From assembly GCA_963842015.1 (NCBI GenBank), contig CAWJFG010000021.1, forward strand, positions 174,631 through 238,630: DNA of 64,000 bases. The letters are read 5' to 3'. A program made the translations under genes and the position numbers. Below, piece by piece: positions 1 through 8,667 of this stretch. The stretch's first letter is position 1, and each line of letters begins with the position of its first letter. Below the pieces are notes generated by a model. It had not been told where the DNA came from and made no database searches. It saw nothing but the letters and a program-made list of their open reading frames with translations. The DNA comes from an uncultured Acidimicrobiales bacterium. Its GTDB lineage: Bacteria; Actinomycetota; Acidimicrobiia; Acidimicrobiales; VFJN01.

Positions 1-240
1 CGAGATCACGACCACCGCCGCGTCGTCCGCGATCTCGGCGACCGCGTCGATGGCGGCCCCGTCGGGCAGCTCCACGTCCAGGAGCACCAGGTCTGCCCTC
101 GTGCGCAGCAGGCAGTCGCGTAGCTCGCGGAGCGTGTCCGCCTCACCGACGAGATCGATGTCGGGCTCGGCGGCGAGCGCGGTGACGAGCCCGGCGCGAA
201 AGACGGGATGGTCGTCGCACACGATGATCCGGATCGCCAT
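1..240 (-). CDS. Response regulator, N-terminal receiver domain (partial; rest lies beyond the left edge)
   Basis: Not in the ORF track because it is edge-truncated. The reverse complement from ATG at 240-238 reads MAIRIIVCDDHPVFRAGLVTALAAEPDIDLVGEADTLRELRDCLLRTRADLVLLDVELPDGAAIDAV. This is the CheY-like DD...D receiver pattern of NarL/LuxR-type regulators. Confidence 0.75.
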   Translation of the reverse strand, partial: MAIRIIVCDDHPVFRAGLVTALAAEPDIDLVGEADTLRELRDCLLRTRADLVLLDVELPDGAAIDAVAEIADDAAVVVIS

Positions 241-491
241 GGCCAGCGGTTCCCCCCGAGCCCATCGCCACGCGTGGTGACCCCATCAGCATGCCATCCC
301 GATGATCCCGTGGCCGCGCCGATGCCCGCCGTCGCCTCGGTCACGGTCGGATCATGACCACGGCCACCGCCGGGGGAGCGCCGCCCGCGTCGGCGCCTGA
401 CGGCATGCTGCGCCGTCCCGAGCGCCGCCCCGGGCACGTATGGGGGCCGCCCCCCATGGTGGGGAAGCGGCCGGGATCGCACGCTGGCCTC

Positions 492-899
492 ATGTTCGAC
501 GTGCGGCGCGCCCTGCCGGCCATCCCCCTGGCGATCTGCACCGGGCTCTATGCCGCGTCCATCGCCGCGAACAGGGTGCTGACCGAGCCGGCGACGGCGC
601 CCGTCGGTGTGATCGCGTTCGGGCTCACGGTGCTCGTGGTGTACCGGCAGGCCGCCGGCTGGTCCGAACGGGGCCGGCGGCAGGTCGGGTACGGCACGTC
701 GGTGCTCCTCGGCGTGGTCGCCGGCGCTCTCCTGACGTTCGCGGCCTTCGCGACCAGCCTGTGCGGCATCTGGGGCGAGACGTGTACGCCCGACGAGCTC
801 GCCCTCGTCGAGCGCCTGCTCGTCGGGGCCGTGGCGGCGATCGTCGGCGTGCCGGGGTCGTACGCGGTGCTCGACCTGGTCACCAAGCGCCGAGCCTGA
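492..899 (+). CDS. Hypothetical integral membrane protein
   Basis: Part of ORF 354..899. From ATG 492 the protein has several hydrophobic stretches (AIPLAICTGLYAASIAA, VGVIAFGLTVLVVY, VLLGVVAGALLTFAAF, LLVGAVAAIVGV) and strong G/C third-position bias. No family recognised. Confidence 0.5.
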   Translation: MFDVRRALPAIPLAICTGLYAASIAANRVLTEPATAPVGVIAFGLTVLVVYRQAAGWSERGRRQVGYGTSVLLGVVAGALLTFAAFATSLCGIWGETCTPDELALVERLLVGAVAAIVGVPGSYAVLDLVTKRRA

Positions 900-934
900 G
901 CACACCTCCGGCCGCCCGATACGCTCTGTGACTC

Positions 935-2353
935 ATGTTCGAGTCGCTTTCCGATCGCTTCGAGGGCATCTTCGCCCGGCTGCGCAGCAAGGGCACGCTG
1001 CGCGAATCCGACGTCGACGAGGTGCTCCGCGAGATCCGCCTCGCCCTCCTCGAGGCCGACGTCAACTTCGTCGTCGTCAAGTCGATGCTCACCCGCATCC
1101 GCGAGGCCGCGGTCGGCGCCCGCATCCACGAGGCCCTCAACCCCGCCCAACAGGTCATCAAGCTCGTCAACGACGCGCTCGTCGAGGCGCTCGGCGGCGA
1201 GACGATGCGCATCCAGTACGCCTCCAAGCCCCCGACGGTCGTGCTCATGGCCGGCCTCCAGGGCTCGGGCAAGACCACCAACTCGGCCAAGCTCGCCCGC
1301 TGGTTCCTCCAGCAGGGCCGCAACCCCCTGCTCGTGGGCGCCGACCTGCAGCGTCCGGCCGCCGTCGAGCAGCTCCGCACGATGGGCGAGCGCGTGGGCG
1401 TACCGGTGTTCAGCCAGCCGGGCGACCCGGTCGAGACCGCCCGGGCCGGCGTCGCCGAGGCCCAGCGCCTCGGTCGCGACGTGTGCATCGTCGACACCGC
1501 GGGCCGCCTCGCCATCGACGTCGAGATGATGGACCAGGTCCGGCGCATCTCGCAGGCGACCGGGCCCGACTACACGTTCCTCGTCGTCGACGCCATGACC
1601 GGCCAGGACGCGGTCACCGTCGCCGAGTCGTTCGACTCGACGTTGGCACTCGACGGCGTGATCCTCACCAAGCTCGACGGCGACGCCCGGGGCGGCGCCG
1701 CGCTGTCGGTGAAGGAGGTCGTGGGCAAGCCCATCGCCTTCGCATCGACCGGTGAGAAGGTCGAGGACTTCGACCTGTTCCACCCCGACCGCCTCGCCAG
1801 CCGCATCCTCGGCATGGGCGACGTCCTCACCCTCATCGACAAGGCCGAGCAGGTCTACGAGAAGGAAGAGGCCGAGGCCGCGGCCGCCAAGCTGCTCGAA
1901 GGCAAGTTCACCCTCGACGACTTCCTCGACCAGCTCCAGCAGGTGCGCAAGATGGGCCCCCTCCAGAACCTCATGGGGATGATGCCCGGCATGCCCAAGG
2001 AGATGCGCAACGCCGAGATCGACGAGGGTCAGGTCAATCGGGTCGAGGCCATCATCCGGTCGATGACCCGCGCCGAGCGGGTCGACCCCACGATCATCGA
2101 CGGGTCGCGGCGGCTGCGCATCGCCAACGGCAGCGGGACCCAGACGTCCGACGTCAGCCAGCTCATCAAGCAGTTCCGCGAGATGCAGAAGATGATGAAG
2201 CGCATGCCCGGCCTCTCGGGCACCAAGGCGCTCAAGGGCCGCAAGGGCAAGAAGGGCGGCGGGCGCAAGGGGGGTGGAGGCGGCCGGGTCACCCCCGCCG
2301 GCACCGGGCGCACGACCCCCAAGCAGCCCTTCACCCTCCCCGGTCTCAACTAA
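935..2353 (+). CDS. ffh: Signal recognition particle protein Ffh
   Basis: 472-aa ORF starting MFESLSDRF, with SRP54 GTPase motifs (GLQGSGKTT, DTAGR, TKLDGD) and a Met-rich M domain plus basic tail. Confidence 0.97.
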   Translation: MFESLSDRFEGIFARLRSKGTLRESDVDEVLREIRLALLEADVNFVVVKSMLTRIREAAVGARIHEALNPAQQVIKLVNDALVEALGGETMRIQYASKPPTVVLMAGLQGSGKTTNSAKLARWFLQQGRNPLLVGADLQRPAAVEQLRTMGERVGVPVFSQPGDPVETARAGVAEAQRLGRDVCIVDTAGRLAIDVEMMDQVRRISQATGPDYTFLVVDAMTGQDAVTVAESFDSTLALDGVILTKLDGDARGGAALSVKEVVGKPIAFASTGEKVEDFDLFHPDRLASRILGMGDVLTLIDKAEQVYEKEEAEAAAAKLLEGKFTLDDFLDQLQQVRKMGPLQNLMGMMPGMPKEMRNAEIDEGQVNRVEAIIRSMTRAERVDPTIIDGSRRLRIANGSGTQTSDVSQLIKQFREMQKMMKRMPGLSGTKALKGRKGKKGGGRKGGGGGRVTPAGTGRTTPKQPFTLPGLN

Positions 2354-2503
2354 CCACCGCCGCGACAAGTACCCTGGTCGCCGGCCTGCGGTTTGCCCCG
2401 ACACGCGCGCGCAGCGCATCATCGTCGGTCGCTCCGCACGAGGCTGCGCCGCTCGTCCCCGAGCGCGCGGCCGGGTGACACCCCGACACGAAAGAAGACA
2501 CGA

Positions 2504-2932
2504 GTGGCCGTCAAGCTCCGCCTCATGCGGATGGGCAAGAAGAAGCAGCCGACCTACCGCGTGGTCGCGGCCGACGCCCGGTCGCCGCGCAACGGTCGGT
2601 TCATCGAGATCGTGGGCGTCTACGACCCCCGTCCCGACCCGTCCGCCATCCGCATCGACAACGACAAGGCCGTCGACTGGCTGCGCAAGGGCGCCCAGCC
2701 GACCGACTCGGTGCGCAAGCTGCTCGAGATCTCGGGCGCGTGGGAGACCTACAGCGGGAAGGCGTCGACCCGCCCCGCCCCCACCCCCAAGCCGGCAGCC
2801 AAGGCCACCGAGCCGGTGGCCGAGCCCACCGCTGCACAGGCCGACGCCGAGGCCGACGAGACCGCGGCCGAGGTCGCGGACACGCCGGTCGCCGACGAGA
2901 CGGCGGCCGCGACCGACGAGGCGGCCGGGTGA
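2504..2932 (+). CDS. rpsP: 30S ribosomal protein S16 with Ala/Pro/Glu-rich C-terminal tail
   Basis: GTG 2504 gives [42 protein letters not shown]. The part of the track ORF upstream (from 2393) is Arg-rich non-coding-like sequence. Confidence 0.93.
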   Translation: MAVKLRLMRMGKKKQPTYRVVAADARSPRNGRFIEIVGVYDPRPDPSAIRIDNDKAVDWLRKGAQPTDSVRKLLEISGAWETYSGKASTRPAPTPKPAAKATEPVAEPTAAQADAEADETAAEVADTPVADETAAATDEAAG

Positions 2933-3195
2933 GCGACGGCACCGCCACGATCGAGGTGCCCACCGCCCAGGCGGTGCTCGAGCACCTGGTCGGCTCGCTG
3001 GTCGAGGACCGCGACGCCGTGCGCATCGACCTGTCCGATGGTCGCTCGCTGCCTCGCCTGACCGTCCGTGTCGGCCCGTCCGACATGGGACGCGTCATCG
3101 GCAAGCGTGGCCGGGTCGCCCAGGCGATCCGCACGGTCGTGCGCGCCGCGGCCGCCCGCGACGGCAGCGACGTCGAGGTCGAGTTCGAGGACTGA
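2929..3195 (+). CDS. KH-domain RNA-binding protein (YlqC/UPF0109-like)
   Basis: GTG 2929 overlaps the rpsP stop (GTGA). Carries the [20 protein letters not shown] motif, in the conserved position between rpsP and rimM. Confidence 0.85.
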   Translation: MSDGTATIEVPTAQAVLEHLVGSLVEDRDAVRIDLSDGRSLPRLTVRVGPSDMGRVIGKRGRVAQAIRTVVRAAAARDGSDVEVEFED

Positions 3196-3675
3196 GTGCC
3201 CTCGCCGTCCCGGCCCACCCTGCTCGAGGTCGGGCGCATCGGGCGCGCACACGGCCTGCGGGGTGACGTGGTGGTGACGCTCACCACCGACCGCGTCGAG
3301 CGCCTGGCCCCCGGAGCGGTGCTGGCGACCGACACGGGCGACCTCGAGGTCCGGTCGGCCCGGGCGCACCAGGATCGGTGGATCGTGGCGTTCGCCGGCA
3401 GCGACACGCGCGAGGACGCAGACCGGCTGCGGGGGCTGATCCTGCGGGCCGAGGCTGTCGAGGACCCCGACGAGATGTGGGTCCACGACCTGATCGGGGC
3501 CGAGGTGGTCACCGTCGACGGCGAGTCGGTGGGCCGCTGCTCGGGGGTGGTGGCCAACCCGGCCGCCGACCTTCTCGAGCTCGACACGGGCGCCCTCGTT
3601 CCCGTGACCTTCGTCGTCGACCACACGCGCGACCGTGTGACGATCGACCCGCCCGAAGGGCTGTTCGACCTCTGA
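3196..3675 (+). CDS. rimM: 16S rRNA processing protein RimM
   Basis: 159 aa with LLEVGRIGRAHGLRGDV at the N-terminus and a PRC-barrel-like C-terminus. Sits between the KH protein and trmD. Confidence 0.9.
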   Translation: MPSPSRPTLLEVGRIGRAHGLRGDVVVTLTTDRVERLAPGAVLATDTGDLEVRSARAHQDRWIVAFAGSDTREDADRLRGLILRAEAVEDPDEMWVHDLIGAEVVTVDGESVGRCSGVVANPAADLLELDTGALVPVTFVVDHTRDRVTIDPPEGLFDL

Positions 3676-3762
3676 CCGAGCCCCGGCTGACCGAGACCCG
3701 GCGGCAGCACGCCTGGTGACCGACGCCTGGTGACCGATACCCGCTGACCGCCCGCTGTCCGA
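3673..3762 (+). repeat. Array of five TGACCG(A) copies plus one TGTCCGA variant, including a 2 x 14-nt tandem duplication (3711-3738)
   Basis: TGACCGA at 3673, 3688, 3717 and 3731; TGACCG at 3745; TGTCCGA at 3756. GCCTGGTGACCGAC and GCCTGGTGACCGAT are directly adjacent. Confidence 0.8.
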
Positions 3763-3787
3763 CGCCCCGGCGGGGAGACGAGCCCGC

Positions 3788-4543
3788 ATGCGCATCGACG
3801 TCTTCACGATCTTCCCGGACATGGTGGACCACTTCGCGGCCCAGAGCCTGCTCGGGCGGGCCCGGGCGGCGGGAGCTCTCGATGTCCGGGTCCACGACCT
3901 GCGGTCGCGCGCCTCCGACCCCCACCGGTCGGTCGACGACGCCCCGTTCGGCGGGGGCGCGGGCATGGTGCTCATGCCCGAGCCGGTGTTCGCGGCCGTC
4001 GAGGCCGTCGATCCGCCCCGCCCGCTGCTCTACCTGAGCCCGGCGGGGCGGACGTTCGACCAGTCCGTCGCCCGCGAGCTGGCGGCCGGCGACGGGTTCA
4101 GCCTGCTGTGCGGGCGCTACGAAGGGGTCGACGAGCGCATCCGCGAGCACCTCTGCGACGGCGAGCTGTCCGTCGGCGACGTGGTGCTGTCGGGCGGCGA
4201 GGTGGCCGCCATGGTCGTCGTCGAGGCCGTCGGGCGGCTGATCCCCGGGGTGATGGGCAACGACACGTCGGCCGACGACGAGTCGTTCAGCGACGGCCTG
4301 CTCGAGTACCCGCACTACACGCGCCCCGCCGAGTATCGAGGCTGGGCCGTGCCCGAGGTGCTGCGCAGCGGCGACCACGGTCGGGTGGCCCGCTGGCGGC
4401 GGGCCCAGGCGCTGCGGCGCACGCTCGACCGCCGTCCCGACCTGGTCGTGGCGCGTGGTGGGATCGACGAATCGGAGCGTAAGCTGTTGGCCGAGTTCGG
4501 CCTGGACGCGGAGGGTGTGCCGCCGTCGGCCGAGCCCGACTGA
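3788..4543 (+). CDS. trmD: tRNA (guanine37-N1)-methyltransferase TrmD
   Basis: 251 aa starting MRIDVFTIFPDM. Contains the DDAPFGGGAGMV and GRYEGVDERI motifs. Confidence 0.95.
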   Translation: MRIDVFTIFPDMVDHFAAQSLLGRARAAGALDVRVHDLRSRASDPHRSVDDAPFGGGAGMVLMPEPVFAAVEAVDPPRPLLYLSPAGRTFDQSVARELAAGDGFSLLCGRYEGVDERIREHLCDGELSVGDVVLSGGEVAAMVVVEAVGRLIPGVMGNDTSADDESFSDGLLEYPHYTRPAEYRGWAVPEVLRSGDHGRVARWRRAQALRRTLDRRPDLVVARGGIDESERKLLAEFGLDAEGVPPSAEPD

Positions 4544-4663
4544 CCTCGCTCGACATCCACCTCACCACCACGTCTCCCTGGCTGCGTGCTTTGTGCCGCT
4601 TCGCGGCCGCCGGGTAGCATCTCCTGTCCGCCTGACTACCGCCCCCGCCGGAGCGAACGCGCG

Positions 4664-5011
4664 ATGAACACCACCGACCTCGTCGACAACACGAACCTGC
4701 GCAACGACGTCCCCGACTTCTCCCCGGGCGACACCCTCAAGGTCCACGTGCGCGTGGTCGAGGGCCAGAAGGAGCGCGTGCAGGTGTTCCAGGGCGTCGT
4801 CATCGGACGCTCGGGCTCGGGCGTGCGCGAGACCTTCAAGGTCCGCAAGGTCAGCTACGGGGTGGGTGTCGAGCGCACCTTCCCGCTGCACGCACCGACG
4901 ATCGCCAAGATCGAGCGCGTCAGCCGGGGCGACGTGCGGCGGGCCAAGCTCTACTACCTGCGCGACCGCATCGGGAAGGCCGCCAAGGTCCGCGAGAAGC
5001 GCGAGAACTGA
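4664..5011 (+). CDS. rplS: 50S ribosomal protein L19
   Basis: ATG 4664 gives [47 protein letters not shown]. The track ORF starts earlier at 4586. Confidence 0.95.
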   Translation: MNTTDLVDNTNLRNDVPDFSPGDTLKVHVRVVEGQKERVQVFQGVVIGRSGSGVRETFKVRKVSYGVGVERTFPLHAPTIAKIERVSRGDVRRAKLYYLRDRIGKAAKVREKREN

Positions 5012-5025
5012 CCTCGGCTCACAGA

Positions 5026-5047
5026 GGCTGTGCCGCCAGGCGCAGCC
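5026..5047 (+). terminator. Terminator-like hairpin after rplS (9-bp stem with one G-U pair, GCCA loop, no U tract)
   Basis: GGCTGTGCC-GCCA-GGCGCAGCC lies 15 nt after the rplS stop, in the convergent gap with the MOSC gene. Confidence 0.35.
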
Positions 5048-5156
5048 GTGGCCCAGCGGCCCGGCGCCGGAGGCGCCATGAGCGGAGGCACAGCATCGTT
5101 TGACCTTCGGCGGCGAAGCCGTCGAATCCGCAGCGGCGCACCCGTCCGCAGACCGC

Positions 5157-6059
5157 TCACACGAGGTACACCGGGTCGCCCACGGTGATCCGGCCGGGGT
5201 CCGCCACGTCGGCGTAGACACCAACGCACGGGTAGCGGGTCCCGTTCTCGAGCACGTCCACCGCGTTCTCGCGGGTGATCGTGCGCAGCACCGCGCGGTC
5301 GGCGGGCAGGTCCCCCTGGGCGAGGGTCGTCATGACGCAGCGCGGAACCGTGAACGTCACCGCCAACCGGGTCCCGCCGATCGCCAGGGTGCGGCCCTGC
5401 CACGCGGTCTCGGCGAAGCCGGCGTCGGGCGTGTCGACCACGACGTTCGGGCGGAACCGGTGCGGATCGAACCGGCTGCCCGGTGCGGCCGCCGACAGCG
5501 CGTTCGTCGAGCTCGTCGTGACCAGGTGCACCGTGCCGTAGTTGAACAGGTTGCCGTGCGTGCTCATCTCCGAGCCGCCGTCGACCATCTCGTCGCCGTC
5601 CTCGACCCGTGAGGCGGCGCCGAAGTAGGGCTCGACCCCGTCCTTGAGGTCGCGCAGCCAGACCTCGTCGAACGTCGCCCCCTCGGGCGGCCGGTCGACC
5701 ACCGCGACGTCCCGGGCGAAGAAGGCGCTGAGCCGCCCGGCGAGCGCGGGGTCGTCGATCGCTGTCGACGACCCGTCGGGGAAGGTCACCGACACGGAGC
5801 CACCGGAGGGCTCACCGCCCGTCGAGGCCGCCAGCTCGAACATCCGGGCCCACCGCTTGGGCCGCTTCACGCTCACGACCTTGCCCGACTCGCGATCGAC
5901 CAGGGCGTAGGCCCGATCGCCCAGCAGACCGCCCGCATCGAACTCGCCGGCCGGTAGGTCCTCGCCGAGCATCGACTTGACCGGGTAGCGGCGCACCGCG
6001 GCGACCGCGCCCACCTGTTCCACGTCCACGATGGTGGCCTCTGGGACCGATCTGGGCAA
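5157..6059 (-). CDS. MOSC domain-containing protein (start uncertain; GTG candidates about 10-15 codons further in)
   Basis: 300-aa ORF with the RRYPVKSMLGE N-terminal beta-barrel motif and a PRCVMTT MOSC cysteine motif. Confidence 0.8.
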   Translation of the reverse strand: MPRSVPEATIVDVEQVGAVAAVRRYPVKSMLGEDLPAGEFDAGGLLGDRAYALVDRESGKVVSVKRPKRWARMFELAASTGGEPSGGSVSVTFPDGSSTAIDDPALAGRLSAFFARDVAVVDRPPEGATFDEVWLRDLKDGVEPYFGAASRVEDGDEMVDGGSEMSTHGNLFNYGTVHLVTTSSTNALSAAAPGSRFDPHRFRPNVVVDTPDAGFAETAWQGRTLAIGGTRLAVTFTVPRCVMTTLAQGDLPADRAVLRTITRENAVDVLENGTRYPCVGVYADVADPGRITVGDPVYLV

Positions 6060-6094
6060 TGGCCACGGCGGCGTCTGGCGGTCGGCGCGGCCGA

Positions 6095-6100
6095 TAGTGT
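6095..6100 (+). promoter_or_regulatory. Candidate -10 element TAGTGT placed for a leaderless DUF2469 transcript
   Basis: TAnnnT hexamer ends 6 nt before ATG 6107. There is no Shine-Dalgarno sequence in GCGCCC-ATG. Confidence 0.3.
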
Positions 6101-6106
6101 GCGCCC

Positions 6107-6400
6107 ATGAGTGCTGAGGACCTCGAGCGGTACGAGGCCGACATCGAGCTCCAGCTCTACAAGGAGTACAAGGACGTCAGTCCGATGTTCTCCTACGTCG
6201 TCGAGACCGAGCGGCGGTTCTACCTGGCCAACGAGGTGAACCAGACGGTCCGGAGCGACGACGGGCGCACGTACGTCGAGCTGGAACTGCGCGACGCCTG
6301 GGTGTGGGACATGTACCGCACCAGCCGCTTCGTCCAGAGCGTACGGATCGTCACGTTCAAGGACGTGAACGTCGAGGAGCTCCCCTCCAAGGAGACGTAG
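6107..6400 (+). CDS. DUF2469 family protein (conserved actinobacterial)
   Basis: 97 aa: MSAEDLERYEADIELQLYKEYKDV...RFVQSVRIVTFKDVNVEE. Typical position upstream of yraN-comM-dprA. Confidence 0.85.
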   Translation: MSAEDLERYEADIELQLYKEYKDVSPMFSYVVETERRFYLANEVNQTVRSDDGRTYVELELRDAWVWDMYRTSRFVQSVRIVTFKDVNVEELPSKET

Positions 6401-6403
6401 GCG

Positions 6404-6808
6404 GTGGTGGTCGAGCGCGGCCGCACGCCGCGTGCCGGCGGCCGCTCGCAGGGGACCGGCTACCGGCAGCGGCTCGGCGCCCGCGGCGAGCAGGCCGTGG
6501 CCGACTGGTACGTGGCACGCGGATACCGCGTCGTCGCCCGCAACTGGCGCTGCCGCGAGGGCGAGATCGACCTGGTCCTGTGGTCACGGCGCCGTGACCT
6601 GGTGTTCTGCGAAGTGAAGACCAGGTCGTCCGCCCGGTTCGGCGTGCCCGCCGAGGCGGTCACGCCCGCCAAGCAGCAGCGCCTGCGCACCCTCGCCATG
6701 CGGTTCCTCGCGGCCCACGAGGCCGAGGTCGCCGGTCGTCGCGGGCTGCGCTTCGACGTGGCCTCGGTGACCGCCGGCCGGGTGGAGGTGATCGTGGCCG
6801 CCTTCTGA
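6404..6808 (+). CDS. yraN: YraN family (UPF0102) endonuclease-like protein
   Basis: GARGEQAVADWYVARGYRVVARNWRCREGEIDLV...VFCEVKTRSS core. Confidence 0.85.
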   Translation: MVVERGRTPRAGGRSQGTGYRQRLGARGEQAVADWYVARGYRVVARNWRCREGEIDLVLWSRRRDLVFCEVKTRSSARFGVPAEAVTPAKQQRLRTLAMRFLAAHEAEVAGRRGLRFDVASVTAGRVEVIVAAF

Positions 6809-6824
6809 CGGGTTCTCTGCCCGG

Positions 6825-6935
6825 TCAGGCGAACAAGGCCCAGGCCACGAGCGCCGCGCAGACGAGCAGCGCGCCGACCACCATGGCGATGTCGGCGGGC
6901 GAGCGGCGTTGCTGGCGGAACGGGTTGAGGCCCAC
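6825..6935 (-). CDS. Possible 36-aa single-pass membrane peptide
   Basis: My own translation (not in the track): GTG-GLNPFRQQRRSPADIAMVVGALLVCAALVAWALFA-stop. GATACT lies 6 nt upstream of the GTG, which would fit a leaderless -10. No homology can be asserted. Confidence 0.3.
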   Translation of the reverse strand: MGLNPFRQQRRSPADIAMVVGALLVCAALVAWALFA

Positions 6936-7152
6936 GTGGTCAGTATCGTCCCCCGACCCTGATCCGCACAGATCGGCGCGATCCGCGACCCGGGGGCGAC
7001 CGGGCCGCGTCCGTCGCTGTCACCCCCCGCCACTATGGTGACCGCACGCACCTGAGCCAGGGCTCGGCACCCGAGACCGGCGGCGGTGGCGCTCGTGGTC
7101 GCCCGCCCGGCGGCGACCGCCTCACGCATCCCACATGTGAGGAGCGGCCGCC

Positions 7153-8667
7153 GTGCTCGCATCCGCCCAGTCCGCCACCCTCCTCGGCGTCGAGGGCCGA
7201 CCCGTCCGGGTCGAGGTCCACGTCTCCCAGGGCCTGCCCGGCTTCACCGTGGTGGGCCTGCCCGACACCACCTGTCGCGAGGCGCGCGACCGGGTCCGTG
7301 CGGCGCTGCTGTCCACCGGGCTGACCTGGCCGATGTGCCGGGTCACGGTCAACCTCGCCCCGCCGGGCCTGCGCAAGGTCGGGGCGGGGCTCGACCTGGC
7401 CATCGCGGGCGCGTTGCTGGCCGCCAGCGAGCAGGTTCCCGCCGGTGCCCTGGTCGGGCGCGCCTTCGTCGGCGAGCTCGGCCTCGACGGCTCGGTGCGC
7501 GCCGTGTCGGGCGCGCTGCCGCTCATCGACGCTCTGGGTGAGGGCGAGGTGGTCGTGCCCGAGGGGTGCACGGTCGAGGCGCAGCTCGTCGGCCGCCACG
7601 TCGTCCGGCCCGTGGCCACGCTCGGGGCGATGGTCCGTGCCCTGCAGGGCGTCGATCCGTGGCCCGACGCCCCCGATCCCGTCCCACCACCGCCCTCGCC
7701 GCCGGGGCCCGATCTCGCCGACGTGCGTGGTCAGCCGGTGGCCCGGTACGCCCTCGAGGTGGCGGCGGCGGGCGGGCACCACCTGCTCCTCGTCGGCCCG
7801 CCCGGCTCCGGCAAGACCATGCTCGCCCGCCGCCTCGCCGGCCTGCTTCCCGACCTCGGCCCCGGCGACGCCCTCGAGGTCACCTGCATCCACTCGGCTG
7901 CCGGCCTGCCGCTGCCACCGGGCGGGCTCATCCGCCGTCCGCCGTTCCGGGCCCCGCACCACGGGGCGTCCGCCGTCTCGCTGGTGGGCGGCGGTTCACA
8001 CACGCTCCAGCCGGGCGAGATCAGCCTCGCCCACCGGGGTGTCCTGTTCCTCGACGAGCTGGGCGAGTTCGAGCCCGGCGTGCTCGACAACCTGCGCCAG
8101 CCGCTCGAGGAGGGGGTCATCCGCGTGGCCCGGGCGATGGCCAAGGTGGCCTTCCCGGCGCGCCTGCTGCTCGTGGGCGCGATGAACCCGTGCCCGTGTG
8201 GCGAGGGCACCGTGCCCAGCGGGTGCCGGTGCACCCCGGCGGCGCGGGCTCGCTATGCACGGCGCCTCTCGGGACCGCTGGTCGACCGGTTCGACCTGCG
8301 GGTCGAGGTCGGTCGGCCCGACGTGGCCGAGCTGTTGGCGGTCGAGGGCGGCGAGCCCACCGCCGCAGTGGCCGCCAGGGTGGCGGCGGTGCGGGCGCGG
8401 GCGGCCGAGCGCGGCGTCGCCGGCAACGGCCAGCTCCCCGCCTGGCGCCTCGACGACATGGCGCCCCTCGACAAGCCCGCGACGCGGTTGGTCGAGCGCA
8501 CGTTGCGGGCCGGGCGGTTGACCGGCCGCGGTCTCGGTCGGGTGCGTCGCGTCGCCCGCACGATCGCCGACCTCGCGGGTCACGACGGGGCGCTCGCCGT
8601 CGAGCACGTCAGCGCGGCGCTGGCGCTGCGGGCCGAGCCGACCTTCCTCGACGGGCGGGCGGCGTGA
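7153..8667 (+). CDS. comM: YifB/ComM family Mg-chelatase-like AAA+ ATPase
   Basis: 504 aa with GLPGFTVVGLPD at the N-terminus, Walker A GPPGSGKTM, FLDELGEF, and a Cys-rich segment NPCPCGEG. Confidence 0.93.
   Translation: MLASAQSATLLGVEGRPVRVEVHVSQGLPGFTVVGLPDTTCREARDRVRAALLSTGLTWPMCRVTVNLAPPGLRKVGAGLDLAIAGALLAASEQVPAGALVGRAFVGELGLDGSVRAVSGALPLIDALGEGEVVVPEGCTVEAQLVGRHVVRPVATLGAMVRALQGVDPWPDAPDPVPPPPSPPGPDLADVRGQPVARYALEVAAAGGHHLLLVGPPGSGKTMLARRLAGLLPDLGPGDALEVTCIHSAAGLPLPPGGLIRRPPFRAPHHGASAVSLVGGGSHTLQPGEISLAHRGVLFLDELGEFEPGVLDNLRQPLEEGVIRVARAMAKVAFPARLLLVGAMNPCPCGEGTVPSGCRCTPAARARYARRLSGPLVDRFDLRVEVGRPDVAELLAVEGGEPTAAVAARVAAVRARAAERGVAGNGQLPAWRLDDMAPLDKPATRLVERTLRAGRLTGRGLGRVRRVARTIADLAGHDGALAVEHVSAALALRAEPTFLDGRAA

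Noticed and set aside
6090-6097. GCCGATAG resembles the sigma-28/WhiG -10 element GCCGATAA, upstream of the DUF2469 gene.
   Set aside because: There is no TAAA-like -35 at the expected spacing. The same bases are explained equally well by a housekeeping TAnnnT -10.
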